Assembly (NCBI RefSeq): GCF_000497125.1
Contig: NC_090598.1
Coordinates: forward strand, 124,001 to 188,000
Direction of reading: 5' to 3'
Origin: Spironucleus salmonicida
Taxonomy: Eukaryota
DNA length: 64,000 nt
Positions 14,088 through 24,224 of the stretch are shown in pieces. Under the pieces are notes generated by a model. The model ran no database searches and was not told the DNA's origin. It worked only from the letters and a program-made list of their open reading frames with translations. Position numbers and translations under genes: made by a program. Every line of letters starts with the position of its first letter. Within the stretch, counting starts at the first letter, position 1.

Positions 14088-14582
14088 TCAATATCCATAA
14101 TCAACGACTACCTGGATTTGTTTGTTCTGGTAATATTAAAAAATATCGCTCCATTGGCCCATAAACATCATATCTTTTATTAACTTAACAATACTACCGC
14201 TCAACAATATCTCTCCTAAATCTTCTAATACTAAAAATAGTCCAAATCCTACTTTCATACTTAGTGAACAATTAAATTTAGCTAAATATTATCGTTTATA
14301 GTCATTAACTTATGTATTGTAGTCTGATTTTTCCTCTTTGAATGTTTTATAGTTAAAAGATACAATCGTGTATCTAAGCTGCTTCTATATTTAATTCTTT
14401 AAAAGAAGAACTGATCGTTTTGAGTTTTAAGCAGTTTCAGGAAAATTTGTGACATGATCTTATGCTAATTATAATTATTTTGTAATGAACTATAATTCTT
14501 CATATAGTTAAGGTAGTTAATCTTAATCAGGCTGGTAAGATTATTTCGTCTACGATATTAGAGACAACCAAATATTTTTCAT
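14088..14582 (-). CDS. Possible GINS complex subunit (Psf1-like), 164 aa
   Basis: Fully open under TAR=Gln. Helical N-part (LPQLYEE...NSKRSVLLL) and C-terminal FLVLEDLGEILLSGSIVKLIKDMMF resembling the GINS B-domain. Family call tentative. Confidence 0.45.
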
Positions 14583-14632
14583 TTTAATATTTATAAATAT
14601 ATATGTAATTTATATTAATATTACAAAATAAA

Positions 14633-15847
14633 ATGCCAGAGTATTAAACATTTTCTTGTCCGTTTTTCATTGTTGGTGATAGTAATACAGGTAAGCGTAC
14701 ATTTGCTAAATCTTTATCCCATAACTTTTAATTAAACGCATAGGATGATAGGTTTAATATTTAAGTGCGTTCAAAATTAATAATATCGCTTATTGAAGAT
14801 TTGCCTGAACAGCCTTTTGGATTGATTTTAGTTTATGATATAACTAATTAAATATCATTTGATTATATAAAAAATATTGTTACAAACCTTCCAACTTCTT
14901 AAATTATTATTCTTCTTGGCACACATCGTGATTTATAGGATCAACGATAAATAGAATATGAGGTAGCCTAAGATTTTAAAAAGTTGCATAATATGATTTG
15001 GTTTGAGTTTGCAGCAGATAGCTAAAAGTAAGCTGATATATTAACGAAGTAAATATTTATCAGATCAGTTTTTGCTATAAGAAATATTATTGAAACAGGA
15101 TGTATTATTCCAACATTAAAAGAAACAGAAAGTAACTAATATTTACAAGTATGCTAAATTAATGATTAATTTGTAAATGAAGATGAAATGATGAATCTTT
15201 CTGCAATTATTGATGAAGAATAATCTGGAGGTGTCAATATGCAGTCCCCAGATCTTCATGTTTTCTAAGAATCACTATCCCCTTAAACTTTAAGATAAAC
15301 ATACTAAGTAGAAGCTGACAAATTTTATATATCTTAAAAGAGCTAACAGAAAGTATTTAAAAAAATAGAAAAATTAGAACGGGAACCACCAATTTTATAA
15401 CTAGATTTAGAATTAAATGGTAATATATATAAATTAGAAGTTCGAAGGGATGATGTTGCATATGATTTGGCAAAATGTTTTGTAGAACGATATAGTCTTG
15501 ATCATTCTATGATAAAATAAATATCACTTTTAGTTTTAGATAGATTATCCTAATTTAGCTAGTAAGAGAGAGAAAGTTAGTTATAGCGGAAAAAACAGGT
15601 AATTGATAATTATCCATTTAACGAACCAAAATTTTTTCATAAGGAGGTTAGAAAAGTTTTATTTAAATTTGAACTTGAAGTGGCAGCAAAAAGCATTACT
15701 GTGGCATGGAGAGAAGGAGATGAATCACGACGTGTAGCAATGGGTTTGATAAAAACTTTAGGCTTAAAAGAAGAATTATATTATAATTTTATTATAGGTA
15801 AAATTAACGAAATCCTAAGTCTGTGGAAACTTAGCTAAGATGAGTGA
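14633..15847 (+). CDS. Divergent Rab-like GTPase domain with long C-terminal extension (~404 aa)
   Basis: IVGDSNTGKRT, LILVYDITNQISF, IILLGTHRDLQDQRQI, WFEFAA. The last codon and stop (GAG TGA) form the outer end of the inverted repeat. Confidence 0.75.
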
Positions 15848-15852
15848 GAACG

Positions 15853-16401
15853 TCAGATCACTACCACCCCCGCTGCGCGCAGCTCCCGGGCCACCTCCTC
15901 CGCGCTGTCCGGGAACACGCGGCCCGTGAGGCCAGTTAGCACGCGCACCTCGGTTGCGTACTTGAGCGCATCGAGGGCGGTGGCCTTGACGCAGAACTCG
16001 AGGGCGAGGCCCACCACGTCAATGCGGTGCACGTTGCGGCTCTGGACGAACCGCGCCAGCCCGTCCGACTAGAAGCCGGAGAAGGCCTCCACATCCTCGC
16101 GCTGGCCCTTGCTGAAGACGTGCTCGGGGACGGCAAGGCCCGGGGCGAAGGCGGCGCCATGGGTGCCCTGGACGCAGTGCGCGGGCCACTGGATGGACTC
16201 CGGCGTGGCGTCGATGCAGATCCCCGGCACGGCCTCGAAGGACTGGTGTGCTGGCGGGTGCCAGTCCCTGGTGGCGACGCAGTAGTCGTAGTCCGGCTGG
16301 GCGGCGTTGATCATGGCCACGAGCCGGGCGTCCTCGATGGTGGGCAGGGAGCCGCCTGGCAGGAAGTCGTTCTGCAGGTCCACGATGATGAGGCAGGTCA
16401 T
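15853..16401 (-). CDS. pncA: Nicotinamidase/pyrazinamidase (PncA family), copy 1, 182 aa
   Basis: LIIVDLQNDFLPGGSL, TRDWHP, WPAHCVQGTHGA, FSKG, and after an in-frame TAG(Gln) VVGLALEFCVKATALDA...LRAAGVVVI. Confidence 0.92.
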
Positions 16402-16438
16402 GTTCGTGGAGGGGTGATTTTACCAAATCCGCCCCAAA
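16402..16438. promoter_or_regulatory. 37-bp divergent intergenic region, putative bidirectional promoter (mirrored at 23530-23566)
   Basis: Lies between head-to-head ATGs. Keeps an AT-richer core (GATTTTACCAAATC) within GC-rich DNA, with a C-run upstream of each ATG. Confidence 0.55.
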
Positions 16439-16900
16439 ATGGCGAGCACGCCGGATGTCTCGCAGTTCGTGATCAACATCATCATCCTCATCATCTTCGT
16501 CGCACTGTTCCTGATCGCCACCATCTCCACGTTGTCCTCGCGGTACTACGTGCGCCGGATGGGCCGCAACCTGCTCACCCGCCCGCTGCCCTTCACGGCC
16601 CTGGAGAACGTCAAGTTCAAGTCCCACCGCGTGAAGGCCATCCGGGACGCCGTCGAGCGCATGGTCCCCGCCCTCCTGCGCCAAGACGACGTCGCGGTGG
16701 ACCCCGAGGCCAAGCGCCGCAACTACGCTGCCGCCGTGGCCACGATGGACCGGCTGTGGAACCCGGACGGGGCGTTCCAGGCTCGCAGCGAGCCGTACCG
16801 CGCGATGCTGGAGCGCGCGCAGTGGTCGGGGGAGGAGGTCAGCCGCGCGGACTTCGAGGCCTTCGTGGAGCTGGGCGGCAGGCTAGTGAGCAAGCAGTGA
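16439..16900 (+). CDS. Hypothetical protein with N-terminal transmembrane helix, copy 1
   Basis: 153 aa; FVINIIILIIFVALFLIATISTL; G/C-ending codons; ends CAG TGA (AGTGA). Confidence 0.8.
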   Translation: MASTPDVSQFVINIIILIIFVALFLIATISTLSSRYYVRRMGRNLLTRPLPFTALENVKFKSHRVKAIRDAVERMVPALLRQDDVAVDPEAKRRNYAAAVATMDRLWNPDGAFQARSEPYRAMLERAQWSGEEVSRADFEAFVELGGRLVSKQ

Positions 16901-16905
16901 TCACT
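16896..16905. terminator. Back-to-back stop/polyadenylation motifs AGTGA|TCACT (mirrored at 23063-23072)
   Basis: Two convergent genes both end in AGTGA with zero intergenic bases. Confidence 0.6.
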
Positions 16906-17089
16906 CGCGGTGCACCCCCGCGGCGTGCCTGCTCTTGGCGTGCACGGCGGCACAGCGCTCGGCCGGCGTCAGCGTGGTGCTCTGGCGGTGCCGGGACCGC
17001 GCCAGGCTCTGCTGCAGCAGGCGGATGCGGTAGTCGGCCCTCCGCAGCTGGGCCTGCAGCACGTCTCTCCGGGGCTCGGGTGCTGGCAT
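16901..17089 (-). CDS. Small basic hypothetical protein (62 aa), copy 1
   Basis: ATG-started MPAPEPRRDVLQAQLRRADYRIRLLQQSL...; ends GAG TGA abutting the neighbour's stop; exactly fills the gap between two genes. Confidence 0.5.
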   Translation of the reverse strand: MPAPEPRRDVLQAQLRRADYRIRLLQQSLARSRHRQSTTLTPAERCAAVHAKSRHAAGVHRE

Positions 17090-17117
17090 TCCGATCAAGT
17101 TTCCCGGGCTCCGGGCC

Positions 17118-17720
17118 TCACTCCCGCACCGCGCGGATCACCACCAGCGCCTCGCTCTGCAGGCGCTTCCGCAGCACCACCGCGGCCGTGAAGCCCCGGG
17201 TAGCGAGCACGGCCAGCAGCTGGTCCGGAGCGTTCGCCTCTATTGCCACCATATATACCGTGGCACCGGGACTGCACCTGGCTGGTAACTCTTGGAGGAA
17301 ACGGTCTATCACATCCCTGCCGTGCGCGCCACCACAGAGAGCCAGGTCCAGCAGATTGTCGCACTGTAGGTCCCCCGGCACGTAAGGCGGGTTGAACGCT
17401 ATTATATCGAATTTTCCATCAACATTTTAGAAAAGATCTGACTAAATAAACTCTCCTTATAAATTATTAACAATAAATGTATTTTGCGCATTCTACAAAG
17501 CTAATGGATTTATATCAGTACAGTAAGGAATAATTTGAAACTATTTAGCCATCTATATTGCAACACATCCATACCCGCATCCGATCTCAATACATCTTGT
17601 AGGTTGAATAGAAGGTGGAAAATTTAAAATAGAATCCATAAGTAAGAATGTATCTTCATCTGGTACATATACTTCATTATAATTTTAAATTTCAAACAGT
17701 GGCAAAGAAGCTTGTTTCAT
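17118..17720 (-). CDS. MTQ2: HemK2/Mtq2 (N6AMT1) eRF1 glutamine methyltransferase, 200 aa
   Basis: EVYVPDEDTFLLMD, SAM motif CIEIGCGYG, TDINPLA, FDIIAFNPPYVP, ALCGGAHGRDVIDRFL. Confidence 0.92.
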
Positions 17721-17877
17721 TGGAAACGGAATACTAATAATTTATTATTTCCTATAAAATAAATAGTGATTAGTATGGATTTTAACTGATAATATTATAT
17801 ACTTGTATACACCTATATGTAATTGCAAAAATATATTTTATTATATAATTTAACTAGAATTATACCACTTCAAAATC

Positions 17878-20800
17878 ATGTAAGAAATCTAACGTTTACA
17901 TGCTGGTGTTTCCACATATACAACATCATCAGTTGGACATTGGCGTAATTTTATCATGTATATGTCTAATTTTAATGTTGTTGTATTCTAGTTAGACCCT
18001 TTTAGACATTTTGCAACCGTTTAAGGACCTAATGATATTAACGATAACGAATCTTCAGGAATTATTGCATTAGCTATTAATAAATCTGGTTAATTAGCAA
18101 TGACATCAAGAAAAGGTATGTTGTAAATTTTTTAACTCCCTAATGTTGAAAGTCCCATTTATTGTTAATCTATTGATTATAAAAAAAGGAATGAAGATAT
18201 ATAAATAGCAGATAGAAGAACTACAAAAGTATTTTTTGAACTTCTTGAATTTCATCCGAATCTTTAAAATGTTGTCTGCGCATATGATGGTACAAATTAA
18301 GAATGTCTTTTTATTAATTTTGAATTAGATAAAGTGTACAAACTGAAGGTCCCTGAAAAAATTAATACAATTGGCATGTTTGGTTCATAATAATAAGGCT
18401 AAAATACTATGTTCTTAGGAACTGTATTAACTGGTAAAATGCTTTATTTTTCTTAATTATAAGAAAAACTATAAGAATTTTATGAAAAGAAATCAATAGC
18501 AAAGAAAATTAATTATTCTTCTCTAGAAGTAGATTAATAAAAGTATGAACTGTAATTGGAGAGAACAGTTGCTGAAGATACAATACCTATGACAGGCTTT
18601 GTTCATGCTAAAAATATTAATTATAGTACGGTGTTATCTTTATCTGAAGATACATAGGCATAAGGGGTAACGCATAATATAGTTTCTACTTGGTATTAAG
18701 GTTATATTCTTGTTCATGATATGCTTAATGTACTATAAGATAATAAAAAATAGTAAGAGGGTTGTAAATTAACAGGTTTCCGTTAGATTAAGCAAGCTAG
18801 ATGTTCAGCTTTTGTCGCCGATAACCCAGGATTATTAGTTGTAGGGTTGTCTTCTGGTTAGTTATAATTTGTTAATGTAACCTCTATATAAACACCTAAA
18901 AACTAGGAATATATAAATTATGGATCATTTTTTGGACATTCTGCAGATTTTATTAATGCATCATTATAAAATGCTATGAATACAGATTATTATCTCTCTT
19001 CATTCTCATCTGATGAAATTATAGCAGATGTAATTGTATCACGGGGCAACCCAATTATTTCTGTTAGATCTTTTGCATTTGAGGGAATATAAACTTAATA
19101 ACCAAAAGGTACTGTTCAATCACCACTATCAGTAACAGAATATTCATAAACTGAGTTTTCAAAGACAGGAATTAGTTCCAGAAAAATCATAGTTTATGGT
19201 ACTTGTGTCGACGGTTCATTTTTCATATATGATTATTCTTAGCAATAATTTATATACTAATCTTAGCCTAACCATTCAGAATCAATATTTTCTTTACAAG
19301 CACATCCAACATTTCCTAATTTATATGCATCTATTTCAGCAGATACCACTTGTAAAGTTTGGAAAGATACCAACTATGGTTTAATTGTTGATCAACAATT
19401 TGGCTCATAAGGAGCATCTAGATAATATTCATAAGAAAAAGCAGTATCTGGATCATTTGGAAACAAGTCTGGTGGGTCGCTAAACACTTACCATTTATTA
19501 GGTCCATTACTTTCAGGAGCTTGGGATCCAAGACCATAATCATGTTTCATGATGCTTTCATCATTTTCTGGAAATGTCCTTATAGCAGACATTTGGAGAG
19601 GCTCTATATTTGCACAGTATAAAAAACATAAAAGCAAGGTTTTAGATACTGCTTGGTCCTTAAATCCAAGATGTTTGGCTGCTACTGTTTCTGCCGATGG
19701 GACGGGTAGAATATATTGTTTTGATAGAAATATTGATGTAACAAAAAATTAAGATAAGTTCGATGTAAATATTAATTTTATGGAGTTTGTTACCTAAACT
19801 TTTTCTCTTAACGGAGTAGCTTTTTCTCCACACGATCCTTTAATTGCGGTAGCATGTGGAGATGGATATGTGAGAGTATATGATTTAAAACTATTTGAAT
19901 AGACAAATGATGAGATATTATAATATTTAGAAAAAGAAAAAATAGAGCATAATTTCATTTAGCCAATTTAAATAGGGAAGTTTAACGTGAGCGAAAAAGC
20001 CGTTCATAAGGTTACTTTCCATCCTGTGATGAAAAATGTATTAGGGGTAACTTGCGATGGCGGTGAGTGCAGAATCTACCGTTACGAGTGGGATGGAAAA
20101 ATGAATTTCAAAGTCTAAACTGCTGCTATTCTTATAGGTCATGAAAACAATGGTAGACCAATCGTTTTCCACCCAGAAATTCCTTATATCGTTCTTACTG
20201 GAAGCTGGGACGGCACTATTAGGGTGTGGAATTGGGTTAAGGTCAAGCAAGAATATATTCACCATCTTGGCGCGGACGTCTATGGAATAGCTATTTAGCC
20301 GTCAAGGCCTTTCGAGTTTTTGGTAGGTTCACGAGATTTGACCATTCGAAAATTCTACCTAAAAGATCTGGCTCAAAAGTTCACTTCTGAGTGCATTTAG
20401 CAGTGTATGCTAAACTCAGTTTTGACGTTTAAAAATGGAAATTCGTATGGCCAGATGACAAATTAGGATTTGAAGTCGCAATTTGACGCAAAAACGCTCT
20501 GTCCGCATACCTGCGATAGCATTATTAACGGATTTGCAGCGCTAATTAACAAACCTAGTTATAAATTGATGAAGGATTAGTTTGACGCGAATCCGAACTA
20601 CAAGTAGCTTTCTGGAGACCTCTCCAAGAACTTTCTGACAGACTTGAATTCTCGAGAAGATAGCTAAAAGCATAATATTTTGTACACTCTCTCGACCATT
20701 ATTTCGTTCTTTTACCCATCTGATTCTGGTGCTAAATAGTTGCTCAATTCGCTATCATTTTACGCAAAAGATGAATTTGACTTTTACGTTAAATCAGCAA

Positions 20801-22509
20801 TCGATGACGGAGACTGGGCTTATAGTGAATTTCAGGAAACAGATGGACTGGCCTTAACTGGTAGAGGTTTATAACATTTTGCAGAATGTTTAGGTAGGCA
20901 CTATATTGGGAATTTATTGAAGTCTAAATAAGATTTTTATAGCTTGCCAAAGGAGTTTTCCACATAAAAATTCGGGTTTTATAATTTCTAAAGAAAGTTA
21001 CCCAATATGAAATCAGATGCTTTTAGATATTAATTTATGAATGGTATTTCACTATTAATTGCAGCTGGAAATTTTTAGGCCGCTATTGAAGCTTTTAAGT
21101 ATGCTCGGTGTGATGACTTGGTTGCATATTATTCAATTTTTGACCCTTAATCTATAGATATTGCATATTCAGAAGTAGATAAAGAAAGTGTTGCTAATAG
21201 ACTTAATTTAGAGGGATCTATTTCGCCAGTTTATAAGCGACTTATCGAAACATAAATAATAGTGCAACATAGTAAAAATTCTGATCTTATTAAATAAATG
21301 TGTTGGATTCTTTGCTAGTAGAGTTAATTTTGTTTAGCAAAGCTGATAGCTCACCAAAACAAAGAAACTGATATTATTATTGAAGTATCTTGGGAAATTG
21401 CATATGATTTACTTAGATAAAAATAGCCTATACGAGCTGCATTGGAACTTTTAACAGTAAAATAATACGAGAATGCCACAAAATTGCTTGCAATATCTGG
21501 CGAGCCATTTTTAGCAGCTTAAATTGCCATGACAACTCCAGAAGAATCTAGCCCTCTGGGTTTATTTGGCATGGCTGAGATAGCGTACTATAACAATATC
21601 GAACCAGATATTTTATTGAAAATAGGACGTGGTAATAGTGTTTCTAGTTAACCTGTAGATACAATGTTTTTAGCAAAGTGGTTTACCTTTGATAAAGTAA
21701 TAAAATATTTTAATAATATGTGTAATTAACTTAATGTTTTTAAGTAAAATGCAACAGAAGTTTCGAATTTCAATGAATAACAAGCATTAGCTATTGTTAA
21801 TATTGGGTAATTTTTTGATTACATATTGAAAGAATAAACCCCAAAAACTTTATTATGGTAAATGAATTAAGTAGCAGGATCTTTAGGATAAAGATATAAC
21901 ACTGCTTGTTTAGGGTTGATGGATGTGGTTAATATGTATGTTGGTAATTTTATAAAAACAAAATCGTCTGTAAAAGCTATATAAATTTGTAATGGGATTG
22001 AAAATTATGCCTGCGAGTTATCTACCTTATATAATTTATTTAGACATAGAGCATTAGATTCAAAATCTACAGTGTGTAGAACTGGAGCTTGTTTATCAAT
22101 GTATGTTGGTGGAATTCATGCAGCTAACCTTAACTTTTTTAACACAGCCGCATTTATGCTTTCTTAAGCCGAAAAAATAGCTACTAAATGCCCTGAGCTA
22201 ATTACTCCTTACATAGATATTGAAGAAATTAAGCTAAGAAAGCTTTTATGTATTTATGCATACTAATAAGGTGATAATACTAAATCAAAAATCACTATTC
22301 TATCTAAATAGTATCCAAAATATGAAAGTGTAGATGTTGAGTAATGGATGCATACTATTATATAAATAGGTGAAAAATATGATAACCATCGAGATCGAGC
22401 TATATTTTTAGCTGTAGGACCTAGTACAATGCGCTGCTTGTTTACACCGTTTGACATTCGACTACAACCAGTTTTAAGTTTTTGTAACACTGGTCTTAAT
22501 AATGAGTGA
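17878..22509 (+). CDS. WDR17: WD repeat protein 17-like (~1543 aa)
   Basis: Many WD repeats. IGHENNGRPIVFHPEIPYIVLTGSWDGTIRVW...GADVYGIAIQPSRPFEFLVGSRDLTIR matches my recollection of WDR17. Ends GAG TGA. Confidence 0.8.
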
Positions 22510-22565
22510 TATTTATATAGTTCTATATTCTAGTTATTTACAATTTAGATTGTGAACTCTACACA

Positions 22566-22850
22566 ATAGCGTTCAACCCGCCTTACGTGCCGGGGGACCC
22601 ACAGTGCGACAATCTGCTGGACCTGGCTCTCTGTGGTGGCGCGCACGGCAGGGATGTGATAGACCGTTTCCTCCAAGAGTTACCAGCCAGGTGCAGTCCC
22701 GGTGCCACGGTATATATGGTGGCAATAGAGGCGAACGCTCCGGACCAGCTGCTGGCCGTGCTCGCTACCCGGGGCTTCACGGCCGCGGTGGTGCTGCGGA
22801 AGCGCCTGCAGAGCGAGGCGCTGGTGGTGATCCGCGCGGTGCGGGAGTGA
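22566..22850 (+). pseudogene. 5'-truncated duplicate of the Mtq2 C-terminal half
   Basis: Begins at IAFNPPY. No in-frame ATG between the upstream in-frame TGA (22503) and the fragment. Lacks the SAM-binding motif. Confidence 0.85.
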
Positions 22851-22878
22851 GGCCCGGAGCCCGGGAAACTTGATCGGA

Positions 22879-23067
22879 ATGCCAGCACCCGAGCCCCGGA
22901 GAGACGTGCTGCAGGCCCAGCTGCGGAGGGCCGACTACCGCATCCGCCTGCTGCAGCAGAGCCTGGCGCGGTCCCGGCACCGCCAGAGCACCACGCTGAC
23001 GCCGGCCGAGCGCTGTGCCGCCGTGCACGCCAAGAGCAGGCACGCCGCGGGGGTGCACCGCGAGTGA
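22879..23067 (+). CDS. Small basic hypothetical protein (62 aa), copy 2
   Basis: Identical mirror of 16901-17089. Confidence 0.5.
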   Translation: MPAPEPRRDVLQAQLRRADYRIRLLQQSLARSRHRQSTTLTPAERCAAVHAKSRHAAGVHRE

Positions 23068-23529
23068 TCACTGCTTGCTCACTAGCCTGCCGCCCAGCTC
23101 CACGAAGGCCTCGAAGTCCGCGCGGCTGACCTCCTCCCCCGACCACTGCGCGCGCTCCAGCATCGCGCGGTACGGCTCGCTGCGAGCCTGGAACGCCCCG
23201 TCCGGGTTCCACAGCCGGTCCATCGTGGCCACGGCGGCAGCGTAGTTGCGGCGCTTGGCCTCGGGGTCCACCGCGACGTCGTCTTGGCGCAGGAGGGCGG
23301 GGACCATGCGCTCGACGGCGTCCCGGATGGCCTTCACGCGGTGGGACTTGAACTTGACGTTCTCCAGGGCCGTGAAGGGCAGCGGGCGGGTGAGCAGGTT
23401 GCGGCCCATCCGGCGCACGTAGTACCGCGAGGACAACGTGGAGATGGTGGCGATCAGGAACAGTGCGACGAAGATGATGAGGATGATGATGTTGATCACG
23501 AACTGCGAGACATCCGGCGTGCTCGCCAT
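23068..23529 (-). CDS. Hypothetical protein with N-terminal transmembrane helix, copy 2
   Basis: Identical mirror of 16439-16900. Confidence 0.8.
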   Translation of the reverse strand: MASTPDVSQFVINIIILIIFVALFLIATISTLSSRYYVRRMGRNLLTRPLPFTALENVKFKSHRVKAIRDAVERMVPALLRQDDVAVDPEAKRRNYAAAVATMDRLWNPDGAFQARSEPYRAMLERAQWSGEEVSRADFEAFVELGGRLVSKQ

Positions 23530-23566
23530 TTTGGGGCGGATTTGGTAAAATCACCCCTCCACGAAC

Positions 23567-24115
23567 ATGACCTGCCTCATCATCGTGGACCTGCAGAACG
23601 ACTTCCTGCCAGGCGGCTCCCTGCCCACCATCGAGGACGCCCGGCTCGTGGCCATGATCAACGCCGCCCAGCCGGACTACGACTACTGCGTCGCCACCAG
23701 GGACTGGCACCCGCCAGCACACCAGTCCTTCGAGGCCGTGCCGGGGATCTGCATCGACGCCACGCCGGAGTCCATCCAGTGGCCCGCGCACTGCGTCCAG
23801 GGCACCCATGGCGCCGCCTTCGCCCCGGGCCTTGCCGTCCCCGAGCACGTCTTCAGCAAGGGCCAGCGCGAGGATGTGGAGGCCTTCTCCGGCTTCTAGT
23901 CGGACGGGCTGGCGCGGTTCGTCCAGAGCCGCAACGTGCACCGCATTGACGTGGTGGGCCTCGCCCTCGAGTTCTGCGTCAAGGCCACCGCCCTCGATGC
24001 GCTCAAGTACGCAACCGAGGTGCGCGTGCTAACTGGCCTCACGGGCCGCGTGTTCCCGGACAGCGCGGAGGAGGTGGCCCGGGAGCTGCGCGCAGCGGGG
24101 GTGGTAGTGATCTGA
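23567..24115 (+). CDS. pncA: Nicotinamidase/pyrazinamidase (PncA family), copy 2
   Basis: Identical mirror of 15853-16401; in-frame TAG at 23897 read as Gln; TGA at 24113. Confidence 0.92.
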
Positions 24116-24224
24116 CGTTCTCACTCTCTCTAAATTTTCTCGTAATAAAATATTACGCTAATCTTTATTAAGTAAACTTTATCATATATAAATTTATTTT
24201 TTAAACTACTTAGTATAAGAGTTT

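Larger units (their letters stand above)
15842..17403. repeat. Left arm of 1,562-bp GC-rich inverted repeat
   Basis: Reverse complement of 22565-24126 (paired coordinates sum to 39968). The only difference I found is 17368/22600. Confidence 0.97.
22565..24126. repeat. Right arm of 1,562-bp GC-rich inverted repeat
   Basis: Reverse complement of 15842-17403; the ORF track mirrors exactly. Confidence 0.97.

Noticed and set aside
16019-17385. 452-aa, 221-aa and other overlapping ORFs in the GC-rich arms (and their mirrors at 22583-23949)
   Set aside because: Shadow frames of GC-rich DNA with low-complexity R/G/A/P content; they overlap recognisable PncA, Mtq2 and TM genes.
15842-24126. Composite transposon or bacterial contamination
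   Set aside because: No transposase or integrase, and no target-site duplication at the outer ends. The arm DNA uses TAG=Gln and AGTGA stops and is in frame with a host gene.
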